Positions 17,972 to 27,177 of a stretch of DNA of 64,000 nt are shown here, in pieces. The translations under genes were made by a program, and so were the position numbers. How positions within the stretch are numbered: the stretch's first letter is position 1; the number at the start of each line of letters is the position of its first letter. The notes under the pieces are model-generated. The model saw only the letters and a program-made list of their open reading frames with translations, was not told the DNA's origin and made no database searches. The stretch lies in the NCBI GenBank assembly GCA_965203515.1, contig OZ241907.1, positions 3,680,001 to 3,744,000 of the forward strand. Direction: 5' to 3'. This stretch comes from Spirochaetia bacterium (lineage in GTDB: Bacteria; Spirochaetota; Spirochaetia; SZUA-6; Bin103).

Positions 17972-19063
17972 GTGAACGCCGCGCAGCGCGTCTCCTCGTG
18001 GCCGATCGACGCCGACGCCGTCGACGACCTGGTCAGGGCGATCCGTCCCCTGCGCGTGGCGGTGATCGGCGACTTCTGCCTCGACGCCTACCTGATGCTC
18101 GCCGCCGCCGCCGAGCTGTCGGTCGAGACCGGCCGGCCGACCCGACCGGTCGTCGAGCAGCGCTACTCGCTCGGCGGCGCCGGCAACGTGGCCGCCAACC
18201 TCGCTGCCCTCGGCTGCGCGGAGGTACGCGCCTGCGGCGTGATCGGCGCGGACCCGTTCGGGGCCGAGGTGGCGCGCATCCTGCGCCGCACCGGGATCGA
18301 CACCGACGGCCTGCTGACTCAGGGCGCGGAGTGGGACACCTGTGCCTACGCCAAGCTGCTGGAGACCGGCGGGGCGGGGTATCGCGAGTCCGGCCGCATC
18401 GACTTCGGCGCCTTCAACCGGCTGCGGCCCGAGACGGCGGACCGGCTGGCCGCGCAGCTCGCCGGCGCGCTTGCGGCCGGCCGCGTCGATGCGGTGGTCA
18501 TCAACCAGCAGGTGCGGCGCGGCGTGCACGCCAAGCCCCTGCGTCGCCGCCTGCAGGACCTGATCCGCCGGCATCCGGCTCCCCTCTGGGTGACCGACAG
18601 CCGGGACTTCGCGGCGGACTTCGCGGGCACCGTCCTGAAGCTCAATGAGGCAGAGGCGGCGGCGGCGGCGGCGGGGGTCGAGCTCGCCGCAGGCGGTTCG
18701 CGCCGGCCGGCGGCCGCGGCCGCCGCCGAGCTGTTCCGGCGCTCGGCAAAACCGGTGTTCGTGACCCGCGGGGACCGCGGCTGCCTCGTCTGCGACGCCG
18801 CCGGCGTGATCGAGCTGCCGGCGCTTGCCTTCCGCACCGACCTCGATCCGGTCGGCGCCGGCGATGCGTTTCTGGCCGGTCTCACCGCCGCTCTGGCAGC
18901 CGGCCGCGCCCCGGCTCCGGCGGCGGCGTTCGGGAGCCTGGCGGCCGGCGTCACCGTCACCAAGCTGAACCGGACCGGCACCGCCTCGTCCCGTGAAGTA
19001 TGCGAGCTGGCGCGCGCGGCGAGCTATCGCTTCCGGCATGGTATGCTGCGCGATCATTCGTGA
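17963..19063 (+). CDS. PfkB/ribokinase-family kinase (HldE/RfaE domain I-like)
   Basis: VIGDFCLD, LGGAGNVAANL, LNEAEA, VTRGDRG, DPVGAGDAF; alternative start GTG 17972. Confidence 0.88.
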   Translation: MDAVNAAQRVSSWPIDADAVDDLVRAIRPLRVAVIGDFCLDAYLMLAAAAELSVETGRPTRPVVEQRYSLGGAGNVAANLAALGCAEVRACGVIGADPFGAEVARILRRTGIDTDGLLTQGAEWDTCAYAKLLETGGAGYRESGRIDFGAFNRLRPETADRLAAQLAGALAAGRVDAVVINQQVRRGVHAKPLRRRLQDLIRRHPAPLWVTDSRDFAADFAGTVLKLNEAEAAAAAAGVELAAGGSRRPAAAAAAELFRRSAKPVFVTRGDRGCLVCDAAGVIELPALAFRTDLDPVGAGDAFLAGLTAALAAGRAPAPAAAFGSLAAGVTVTKLNRTGTASSREVCELARAASYRFRHGMLRDHS

Positions 19064-19068
19064 GGGAC

Positions 19069-19473
19069 ATGGCTGTCGATAGCGCTGCGGCCGCGCGCTG
19101 GATAGCCGCTCGCCAAGCGCGGCGGGTCGAGGCGCTCCGGCGCCGGTTACGATCTGCGCAACGAGACGCGGCCCGGATCATCGCCGCGATCGCCGCGGAA
19201 TACCGGCCGCAGCGCATCTACCAGTGGGGATCGCTCGTTCATACGGAGCGGTTCACCGAGATATCCGACATCGACATCGCCGTCGAAGGGATCGGCTGCG
19301 ACGAGCATCTGCTCGCGACCATCCGGTCCCGGGCGGATGCGATGACCGACCTGCACGTCGATCTGGTCGTCATGGAGCGGCTCGACCCGGGGAGGGCCAA
19401 CCTCATTCGGCGCTTCGGCGCCGTGGCATGGCAAGCCGCCGACCAATGTCTGAACGCGGCCTCGACGAGCTGA
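19069..19473 (+). CDS. Minimal nucleotidyltransferase (MNT) antitoxin
   Basis: WGS-x10-DID signature (GSLVHTERFTEISDIDIAV), VDLV; directly upstream of a HEPN-like gene. Confidence 0.85.
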   Translation: MAVDSAAAARWIAARQARRVEALRRRLRSAQRDAARIIAAIAAEYRPQRIYQWGSLVHTERFTEISDIDIAVEGIGCDEHLLATIRSRADAMTDLHVDLVVMERLDPGRANLIRRFGAVAWQAADQCLNAASTS

Positions 19474-19943
19474 TCGCGGAACTGGCGCAGGCGCGTGACC
19501 GCCTGCGTGCGATCTACGCGAAGCTCGGACGTGCCCGGGAAACGACGCTGCCGCGCATCGGCCGAACCGATGACGGCGCGCTGGTCGTTGCCGGTTACCT
19601 GGAAACCTATTATACCGTCCTGGAGACCTTCTTCGTCCGCGTATCCGGCTTCTTCGAGAACAATCTGCCGCCGGGACGCTGGCACTCGGCCCTGTTGGAG
19701 AACATGACGCTGGAGATCGAAGGGCTTCGGGCCAGGGTCGTTGGGGAGCGCAATCTGGGTCGCCTGCGCGAGTTGCTCCGATTTCGCCACTTTCGTCGCT
19801 ACTACGTGGAGATGGAGTACGATTGGGCCCGCATCGACTTCCTGCTTGCGACCCTGGACGGCGCCCACCCGGCCGTGCTGAGCGATCTCGACCGGTTCGC
19901 TACGTTCCTGCGCCAGGTTCGCGACCGCGCCGGCTCCGGGTAA
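19446..19943 (+). CDS. HEPN/HepT-like ribonuclease toxin
   Basis: YTVLETFF, WHSALL..M, ELLRFRHF motifs; overlaps the MNT gene. Confidence 0.8.
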   Translation: MSERGLDELIAELAQARDRLRAIYAKLGRARETTLPRIGRTDDGALVVAGYLETYYTVLETFFVRVSGFFENNLPPGRWHSALLENMTLEIEGLRARVVGERNLGRLRELLRFRHFRRYYVEMEYDWARIDFLLATLDGAHPAVLSDLDRFATFLRQVRDRAGSG

Positions 19944-20997
19944 CCGGCTCATCCGCCGCTTCGGGCGGCAACTTCCGCTTGCGCCGCATGCGCGCATAGG
20001 ACTCCGGCGTGCCGTCGTGGAACGAGCCGAACCACCGGTCGAACGGAATGGCCGAGGCCCCGTAGTTGCATTCGAAGTGGCGATGGTGCAGGTAGTGGAA
20101 GTAGTTGTCGATCGAGATCCGCTTGTCGGTGTCTCTCTTGAGCACGAGTTGATCGAACCCGGCGTGTCCGAGCGCCGGACCTATGGCGGGACGCTGCATC
20201 AGATAGAGCATGTGAATCGGATGGGACGGCACCACCAGAAGGATGATCCACCGGGTGAAGTAGAGCAGATGCTCGATCGGGTGCATCGACAGCCCCGACC
20301 ACGGGCCGACGTTGGTGTTGCGATGATGCAGGTAGTGGGCGGCCTTGTAGAGCGGCTTCCAGTGCGAGATGCGGTGGACGACGTAGAAGTGCAGGTCATG
20401 CCAGAAGGGCAACACGGCGAAGAACGCCACGTGCCACACCGGATTGGCGCGCAGCTCGGCGAACGGCAACAAGCCGCGGCCGTAGGCCCAGAGCAGCAGG
20501 ACCTCGTACAGCGTCCAGACGGTCGCGCCGCTGGCGATGCTCCAGAACATGTTGTCCCACGTCTGATTGTTGAACAGGAACGCCTTGCTCCCGGTGCTCG
20601 GCCAGCGTTTGTTGTACTTGAAGCGCGTGCCCTGCGAGCGCCGCCAGTAGAGCAGCACGTGCCAGACGCCGGCGAGCACCAGCAGCAGCGCTACGTTGCG
20701 CGCGTACATCGGCAGGATCCAGTCGGCGCGGAGCTGCGCGAAGGTGGTCAGGTCGGGAGCGCCCGGTTGCAGGAACCGCCACGTGAGCGCGGCGAGCCCG
20801 TAGTAGAACGCCGCGCCGAACGGCCACAGGAAGCCCGGAAACCCCAGCAGGAAGCGCACCAGCTTCCGCGGCTGCGGCGGCCAGACGAAGGGCTGCCCTT
20901 TCTGCAACACCCGCGGCATCCATTCGCCTCTGGCGTCTCGAGTCGTCGCGCCGTCGTCGACGCGGGCGGCCGGCTCCGCTTGCCCTATCTCAGCCAT
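19900..20997 (-). CDS. Sterol desaturase / fatty acid hydroxylase family protein
   Basis: HFYVVHRISH, HYLHH, MHPIEH, HYLHHRHFECNYG boxes. Confidence 0.88.
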   Translation of the reverse strand: MAEIGQAEPAARVDDGATTRDARGEWMPRVLQKGQPFVWPPQPRKLVRFLLGFPGFLWPFGAAFYYGLAALTWRFLQPGAPDLTTFAQLRADWILPMYARNVALLLVLAGVWHVLLYWRRSQGTRFKYNKRWPSTGSKAFLFNNQTWDNMFWSIASGATVWTLYEVLLLWAYGRGLLPFAELRANPVWHVAFFAVLPFWHDLHFYVVHRISHWKPLYKAAHYLHHRNTNVGPWSGLSMHPIEHLLYFTRWIILLVVPSHPIHMLYLMQRPAIGPALGHAGFDQLVLKRDTDKRISIDNYFHYLHHRHFECNYGASAIPFDRWFGSFHDGTPESYARMRRKRKLPPEAADEPVTRSRRGREPGAGT

Positions 20998-21099
20998 GGG
21001 CCCCAAACGATGGTCCCGCATGCGCGATGTTGTCAATCGGCGTCCGGTTGGTCCGGGCGGCGGTCTTGGCCCCAATCTCCCTTGCGAGCCGCCTTCGGT

Positions 21100-21489
21100 C
21101 TACGCCCGACGCTCCCGCAACGCCGAAACGCGCGCAAGGTGACCGTAGTCGCGATCGCGGTGCAGCACCTCGATTCCATGCCGGAGCGCGCAGGCGGCGA
21201 TCAGGCAATCGACCGACGAGCGAACGGTGAGTCCGTTCTTGCGCGCCGTCCGGTACAGGTCGATCGCTTCGTCGAATACCTCCGCACGCAGCGGGCACTC
21301 GATGATCGGCATGGCGAGCATCGATTCGCGTGCCGTTCGAAACGCGAACTCGTCGGGAAACCCTTGGAGCACCTCCTGGACCACCGGCAGGCAGGTTACG
21401 ACCTCATCGATGGGGACCGCCGCGGTGAGGTCGAACGTGCTGTCGCGGCGGAACGTCTCGATCCAGATCGACGTGTCGACGAGGGTCAC
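21100..21489 (-). CDS. vapC: VapC PIN-domain toxin
   Basis: LVDTSIWI, QEVLQG, DCLIAA, HRDRDY. Confidence 0.92.
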   Translation of the reverse strand: MTLVDTSIWIETFRRDSTFDLTAAVPIDEVVTCLPVVQEVLQGFPDEFAFRTARESMLAMPIIECPLRAEVFDEAIDLYRTARKNGLTVRSSVDCLIAACALRHGIEVLHRDRDYGHLARVSALRERRA

Positions 21490-21698
21490 CGGCTCCCGCT
21501 GCCTCGGTCGTCTCTCATCTCTTCGAGATCGGCTTCCCAGAGCCCCGAACCTGCAAGCGAGAGGATCCGCCGTGCCTTGACGTGGCGCACGAACTCGTGG
21601 AGAGCCCGCTGAACGGTAGCCGAATAGGTCTTCTCGCCACTGAGCCGGACGGCTTCTTCCAGTATCCCTTCATCCAACACAAGATTTGTGCGTTTCAT
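21486..21698 (-). CDS. vapB: VapB antitoxin
   Basis: MKRTNLVLDE...WEADLEEMR; 4-nt overlap with vapC. Confidence 0.9.
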   Translation of the reverse strand: MKRTNLVLDEGILEEAVRLSGEKTYSATVQRALHEFVRHVKARRILSLAGSGLWEADLEEMRDDRGSGSR

Positions 21699-21803
21699 GT
21701 GTATAGACAGTACCGATCACCGTGCCTGCGAACAACCGCTCGGAGAACCGCTCGCCGGGGTGGGCCGATTGACGAGACGTGAGAAACCGGTCACCGTCTC
21801 GGC

Positions 21804-22625
21804 ATGGAAACGGCAACACTGGTCAGCGCGGCGCCGAACGGTTCCGCTCCGGTCGTCCAGGCCGACGTCGATTTCTTTCACGAGAACGGCTTTCTGCGGA
21901 TTCCGTCGGTGTTCACTCCCGAAGAGAGCCAGGCGCAGGCGGACGATCTCGGCCGCCTGGCCCGCGAGTGGGCGACCGTCGACCGGCGCTGGCCCGGCCC
22001 CTGGCGCAAGGTCTACATGGACGAGGAGGAGGAACAGGGCGCGAGACTGGAAGCGATGCACGAGCTGCACTGCTACTCCCGGGCGTGGCTCGATGCGGTG
22101 ACCAGTCCGCGGCTGATCGCCTGCCTGGTGCCGCTCCTCGGCCCCGACATCGAGCTGCATCATTCGGTCATGCACACCAAGCCGCCCGGCGGACAGGTGT
22201 TTCCGATGCACCAGGATCATCCGTTCTACCCGCACGACGACGGTCGCTACCTCGACGTGTTGGTGCACCTCGACGACACCGGTCACGAGAACGGGGAGCT
22301 ACGCTTCCTGGCCGGATCGCACCGGCTGGGTCCGCTCGAGCACATCCGCGGCACGGAGGAGGAGCCGTCGGCGCCGCACCTGCCGACCGACGAGTACCGG
22401 CTGGCGGATTCGGTCGCGGCGCCGGCCAAGCGGGGCGACGTGATCGTGTTCAGCTACTACACCGTGCACGGCTCCTACATCAATCGGACGGACCGGGCGC
22501 GGCGCATGGTCCGCATCGGCTATCGGCACCCGCACAACCGGCAGAGCGACGGCGGGGCGGTCAAGTCCGGCATCATGGTGTCCGGCTACCGCCAGCGCCG
22601 CGGCGAGGAGCCGCTGCTGTTCTGA
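21804..22625 (+). CDS. Phytanoyl-CoA dioxygenase (PhyH)-family enzyme
   Basis: FHENGFL, HQD, ENGEL..LAGSH, GDVIVF..TVHGS. Confidence 0.9.
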   Translation: METATLVSAAPNGSAPVVQADVDFFHENGFLRIPSVFTPEESQAQADDLGRLAREWATVDRRWPGPWRKVYMDEEEEQGARLEAMHELHCYSRAWLDAVTSPRLIACLVPLLGPDIELHHSVMHTKPPGGQVFPMHQDHPFYPHDDGRYLDVLVHLDDTGHENGELRFLAGSHRLGPLEHIRGTEEEPSAPHLPTDEYRLADSVAAPAKRGDVIVFSYYTVHGSYINRTDRARRMVRIGYRHPHNRQSDGGAVKSGIMVSGYRQRRGEEPLLF

Positions 22626-22641
22626 ACCGGACCGTTTACCC

Positions 22642-24132
22642 CTACCGGGTGTCGGGCTGCCAGATACGGTTCTCGCGCGCTTCGAAGAATCCCCGGTTGG
22701 TGGGGGCCAGCTTCCAGAGCTCCACGCTGCGGAAGGTGGTCGGAGCTACCTTGTCGCCGCCGCCGAAGAGGTAGGCGCGCACCTGGGCGCCGCCGTCGCG
22801 GTACCCCATGAACGCGCTCAGAGCGGCTTGGCGGCCGTTGGCGAATACCTCCACCAGGTACTTGTCGACGAAGATGCGGAGCTCCACGTCCTCGCCCGCC
22901 GGCAGCTCCGCCACGGCGAAGGGCGCCTCGGTGTCGCCGACGCAGAGCGTGCCGGTCTCCGGCCGCAGCAGGACGAGGAGTCCCGCGTCGCGGTCATCGG
23001 CGAACAGCCGGACGCCGAATCGCTTCCGTTCCGCCTGCGCGCGGTCGACGGTGACGCGTAGCTCGAACGCGTCGCCGTCCAGGTCGGCGATTCGCGCGCT
23101 CGTGTGGTGCGGCGCGCCCCGTCTCACGTCCGGGGTGATCGTCACGTCGCGGATCGTGACCGGCTCGCGGCGCAGCGACGCCAGCTCCCTGAGCGGCTCG
23201 ATGCGCAGGCTGCCGTCGTCATGCAGACTCAACTCGCGCGGCAGGGACTGCACGGTCCGCAGGTCGATCGCGGGGTCGGCGGTCGCCAGCCACGCCCACA
23301 TCACCCGCCTGCCGTCCGGCGTCAGCACGCTTTCCGGCGCGAAGACGTCGCGGCAGGCCGGATCGGCCAGCGACTGGCCGGCGCGCCGCCAGTTCATGCG
23401 TCCGTGCCGCTCCGGGACGAACTGCTCGGCGCCGGCGTCCCAGTCGCCCAGGTAGTACCGGCAGCCGAGCTGGTGGCTGATGCAGAGGAGCATCCACCGG
23501 TCGCCGAACGGGAAGAGATTGGCGCAGGAGGTGTCCTCGCCCAGGGCGACGTCCGGCAGCTCGCGCTGCATGAGCGGGCCCACGTAGGTCCAGTCGACCA
23601 GGTCGGTCGACTTGCACAGTTGCAGATTGTCGCCGGCCGCATAGGCGTAGCAGGTGTCGCCGACCTGGAACAGGTCCGGGTCGCCGAGCAGCCGCACGGC
23701 CTTGCCGGGCGGGACGCCCCGCGGCACGACGGCGCGGGGCTTCCGCCAGGAGCTGAGCTCGCGGTCGTCGGCGACCGTGAGGAAGGTGTGGCGCGGCTCG
23801 CACACACCGGCGTAGATCGCGGCCGGCTTGCCCTCCCCGGTGATGAATCCGGTACCGCTGAACATCCCGTGGCCGGTGAAGGAGGGCTGCAGCTTCGTGG
23901 TCTGCCACGTCCAGTGCAGCATGTCCGGGCTGGTGACGTGGATGAACGAGAACGACGACGACGTCCCGTCAGGCCGCCGCGCCGGCCCGCCGCGCCACGG
24001 ATGCCGCAGGATGTAGTGGAGGTGGCAGGTGCCGTCCAGGTAGTAGGCGAGGTTGGGATCGCCCGGCGCGCTGTCGCCGCCCGGGTGCATCAGATGGTAA
24101 TTGAGCGCCAGCTCGTCGGTCACGATCGCCAT
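22642..24132 (-). CDS. GH32-like beta-propeller glycoside hydrolase
   Basis: YHLMHP, GDPN, TSPDMLHW, FSGTG, GDP, DGRRVMWAW, SLPREL, FVDKYLVEVF. Confidence 0.82.
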   Translation of the reverse strand: MAIVTDELALNYHLMHPGGDSAPGDPNLAYYLDGTCHLHYILRHPWRGGPARRPDGTSSSFSFIHVTSPDMLHWTWQTTKLQPSFTGHGMFSGTGFITGEGKPAAIYAGVCEPRHTFLTVADDRELSSWRKPRAVVPRGVPPGKAVRLLGDPDLFQVGDTCYAYAAGDNLQLCKSTDLVDWTYVGPLMQRELPDVALGEDTSCANLFPFGDRWMLLCISHQLGCRYYLGDWDAGAEQFVPERHGRMNWRRAGQSLADPACRDVFAPESVLTPDGRRVMWAWLATADPAIDLRTVQSLPRELSLHDDGSLRIEPLRELASLRREPVTIRDVTITPDVRRGAPHHTSARIADLDGDAFELRVTVDRAQAERKRFGVRLFADDRDAGLLVLLRPETGTLCVGDTEAPFAVAELPAGEDVELRIFVDKYLVEVFANGRQAALSAFMGYRDGGAQVRAYLFGGGDKVAPTTFRSVELWKLAPTNRGFFEARENRIWQPDTR

Positions 24133-24905
24133 CAGGTACTCCGCTCTGCGCGAAACGCCTCGACGCCGGCGCGCGCGGCGTTGGTGAGCAGCACGAAGTC
24201 CGGCCCGTATCCCAGGAAGGTGAGCCCGCGGTCGCGCCAGCGCACCAGGTCTTCCGGCATGGCGGAGCCGGTGCCCAGGGCGACTCCGTTCGCCGCGCAC
24301 ACCTGGATCGCGCGGTCGACCAGCCGGTCCATCGCCGGATGCGGCATCTCCAACGGGCTCACCCCGTAGTTGAGGTACAGGTCCCACAGGCCGAGGTACA
24401 GCGCGTCGACCCCCGGGACCGCGGTGATCTCCTCCAGGCTCTCCATCGCTTCCCGCGTCTCCAGGAGGAACGCGACCAGGATGTTGCGGTTGGCGCGCGT
24501 CAGGTAGTCCGGGTAGTCCAGGGTGTACTGCGACGCCCGCAGCGGGCCGAAGCCGCGGTTCCCTTCCGGCGGATAGCGAGTCGCCCGCACCACCTGCCGC
24601 GCCTGTTCCGCGCTGCGCAGCAGCGGCACGATGATCCCCAGGGCGCCGATGTCCAGGGAGCGCTGGATGAAGACCTGGTCGGAGTTGGGGATGCGTACGA
24701 TCGGGACCGCGGCGGAGCCGTTGACCGCCATCAGCATGTGCTGCACCTCGGCCATGTCCAGACCGTTGTGCTCCATCTCGATCACGATGAAGTCGAAGCC
24801 GGAGCAGGCCATCTGCTCGGCGACGTTCGGGCTCCCCATGCCCAGGAAGCAGCCTACCGTCGGCTGCCCGGCCTTGAGCTTCTCCCTGACGTGGTTGGTT
24901 CTCAT
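24132..24905 (-). CDS. HpcH/HpaI aldolase family protein
   Basis: DFIVIEMEH, LDIGALGIIVP, RYPPEGNRG, LETREA, PGVD. Confidence 0.9.
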   Translation of the reverse strand: MRTNHVREKLKAGQPTVGCFLGMGSPNVAEQMACSGFDFIVIEMEHNGLDMAEVQHMLMAVNGSAAVPIVRIPNSDQVFIQRSLDIGALGIIVPLLRSAEQARQVVRATRYPPEGNRGFGPLRASQYTLDYPDYLTRANRNILVAFLLETREAMESLEEITAVPGVDALYLGLWDLYLNYGVSPLEMPHPAMDRLVDRAIQVCAANGVALGTGSAMPEDLVRWRDRGLTFLGYGPDFVLLTNAARAGVEAFRAERST

Positions 24906-24915
24906 CTCGGTCGCG

Positions 24916-26028
24916 TCACTCCGGCAGATAGAGGTAGAGGGCGTCGATCCCCGCAGGCCGCGGAGCGCGATCCGCAAGCGCCCGGTACGGCTTGCTCACG
25001 ATTCCGGGGCGCCCGTCGAGCTCGATGACCTGCGCTTCGTGGGTTCCGACCCCGGTGTCGATGACCCGCTCCTCCATCCGATCCCCGCGGCTCAGAAAGA
25101 GCAGCTGGGCGGGTGGGTGCGGGAGGGTCCAATCTCCCCGCCCCATCTCTCCCACGTACAGGTCCGGGCGGCCGTCACCATCGAAGTCGGCCACCTGCAG
25201 CGTGTGCGCGTCCAGCAGCCGGTCGTGCAACACCTCGTCTTCCCACGGACGCTCGACGTCCGCCCCCGGTCTGAACAGCGCGAGGCGCCCGTACGTCCGG
25301 CCGATGTCTAGAGCCACCTCGCAGAGGGCTATCTCCGGGCGCCCGTCACCGTCGAAATCGGCGGCGACCACCCGCACGCCGCCGTAGTCCCGGGCGTAGA
25401 CGTGTCGTTCCCACCCGCCATTCGGCAGCAGGCGATACCAGGAACAGCCCGCGATCAGTTCCAGTCTGCCATCGCCGTCGACGTCGGCAGCCGCGAGCGC
25501 CTGCTCGTCCACGCCGGTCACGACGGGCCGCACGTCCGGCCATGGCGTGACGTATGGATCGTCGGGCAGCGGGACCGTGAAGAGCGTCTCGGCGTCCTGA
25601 TTCCAGACGTACAACTCCTGCCGTCCATCGCCGTCGATGTCCGCCAGCAAGAGGTCGTGGGTTCGGCTTGCCGGCAGCGGGAACGCGGTTCGGCGTACCC
25701 ACCGTTGGGAAGGATCGGCCGGGCATTCCCACCAGTAGACGCAGTTGCCTCGATCGCTGGTGCCGGCGATCAGGTCGAGGCGGCCACTGCCGGTGAGGTC
25801 GGCCAGTGCGCCGCCGACGCTGACGCTCGGGAAGGTGTCATCGATCAGATGCGGTCGCCAGGCGCCGCCGCTCGTTCTGCCGAACCAGTGGAGCTGACTG
25901 GGATGGCGGGTGGAGATGACGAACTCGGGCACGCCGTCACGGTCCAGATCACCCACCAGACACGACATGCGTTCGGCGGGCGGTCCCTCGTAGATCGTGT
26001 GGCGGCGGAAGACCGGCAACTCGGGCAT
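24916..26028 (-). CDS. FG-GAP/VCBS repeat protein
   Basis: Repeated DxDGDGxxD/E motifs (GDLDRDG, ADIDGDG, ADVDGDG, ADFDGDG twice). Confidence 0.85.
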   Translation of the reverse strand: MPELPVFRRHTIYEGPPAERMSCLVGDLDRDGVPEFVISTRHPSQLHWFGRTSGGAWRPHLIDDTFPSVSVGGALADLTGSGRLDLIAGTSDRGNCVYWWECPADPSQRWVRRTAFPLPASRTHDLLLADIDGDGRQELYVWNQDAETLFTVPLPDDPYVTPWPDVRPVVTGVDEQALAAADVDGDGRLELIAGCSWYRLLPNGGWERHVYARDYGGVRVVAADFDGDGRPEIALCEVALDIGRTYGRLALFRPGADVERPWEDEVLHDRLLDAHTLQVADFDGDGRPDLYVGEMGRGDWTLPHPPAQLLFLSRGDRMEERVIDTGVGTHEAQVIELDGRPGIVSKPYRALADRAPRPAGIDALYLYLPE

Positions 26029-26181
26029 GCGGCGCACCTCCGGCGTTTGACCTGCGCTTCGCCGGGCAGGCCGGCTCCGCCGCGAAGTCACCGCACAGCA
26101 TAGGCTGGGCGGGCTCAGGCGTCGACCCATGACGATGGCGATTCGGGCCGCGCCGCCGGACATCCTTCCCCCGGTTCGTTC

Positions 26182-26211
26182 TTGAAAGAGCGTGTGTCGG
26201 GTGGCTATACT
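26182..26211 (+). promoter_or_regulatory. Putative sigma70 promoter of the NHLP export operon
   Basis: TTGAAA-18 nt-TATACT, followed by GAGGAG RBS at 26252-26257. Confidence 0.55.
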
Positions 26212-26265
26212 GCGCCGGCGGCTCGGTCAGGTGCGGCCGGCAGATGACGATGAGGAGCGTGGCAC

Positions 26266-27177
26266 TTGTTCTATAGCAAAGTATTCCGAGAGGAGGCCGT
26301 CGCCCGCCGGTCGCGCCCGGAGCCTCTGGACGGGCGGCTCCAGGTCACGGCCCCTCACGAGTGGATCGTGCTGGCCGGACTCTGCATGGCGTTGCTCGTG
26401 TTCCTGGCCTGGGGGGTGTTCGGAAGTGTCGACCGCACTCTGTCGGCGCCGGCCGTAGTGGTCCAACCGGGCCAGCGCTACCCCGTGGTATCCCCCGTGT
26501 CCGGCAACGTCATCGAGGTACTGGCCGAAGTGGGCGCCGCCGTCAAGCCGGGGCAGCCGATCGCCCGCGTGGAGTTGCCGGAGGCGGAGCGCCAGGCGCG
26601 GATCACGCGGACCATCGTGGGCGCTGTCGAGGACGGCCTGCGTGACGCCGATGCCGCCACCACCGCGGTCCGGGAGGCGCTGCTCGCGGCGGCGCGCACC
26701 GAGCTGGGAGCGATCGAGCGCGACGCCAGCCAATCGATCGTGGTTCCACGCGATGCTCCGCGCGAGGGAACGCTGGTCGTACAGCGCCTGGCTGCGGATC
26801 AGCCGATCCGCGCCGGCGAGATGGTCGCTCAGGTGGTGCTCGGCAGGTCCGCCGATGCCTGGGAGGCGTTCGCCTTCGTGACGTCGCAGGACGCCGAGCG
26901 GCTGGCGGCGGACATGGCCGCGAAGGTGCTGTTGGCGTCTGATGACCCGGGCGCAGGCGGGTTGGAAGCCCGCGTGCTGGAAGTATCCTCCCGACCGGTC
27001 GCCGCCCCCGCATGGCTGGCCGACCTGGGGCTGACGACTCCCGTCCCCGCCCACCTGCTGCGGCTGGTCCTGAACGGTCCGCCGCCCGAGTCGCTTGCCG
27101 ACGGAGCGGATGGACGCGTGCGGATCGTGTTGGGGCGGCAGTCACCGGCAGCGCTGCTGGTCGGCGGGAGCGGCTGA
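26266..27177 (+). CDS. NHLP/NHLM bacteriocin system secretion protein (HlyD-like)
   Basis: FREEA....PEPLD..LQVT N-terminus, one TM helix, lipoyl-like VVSPVSG..G..IA; precedes two ABC exporters. Confidence 0.85.
   Translation: MFYSKVFREEAVARRSRPEPLDGRLQVTAPHEWIVLAGLCMALLVFLAWGVFGSVDRTLSAPAVVVQPGQRYPVVSPVSGNVIEVLAEVGAAVKPGQPIARVELPEAERQARITRTIVGAVEDGLRDADAATTAVREALLAAARTELGAIERDASQSIVVPRDAPREGTLVVQRLAADQPIRAGEMVAQVVLGRSADAWEAFAFVTSQDAERLAADMAAKVLLASDDPGAGGLEARVLEVSSRPVAAPAWLADLGLTTPVPAHLLRLVLNGPPPESLADGADGRVRIVLGRQSPAALLVGGSG

Noticed and set aside
18653..18673. GCG trinucleotide run as a contingency locus
   Set aside because: In-frame poly-Ala in GC-rich DNA; length changes would not switch expression
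26029..26265. RiPP precursor upstream of the NHLP exporter
   Set aside because: No ORF with a leader or double-glycine motif; the region is occupied by divergent promoter sequence
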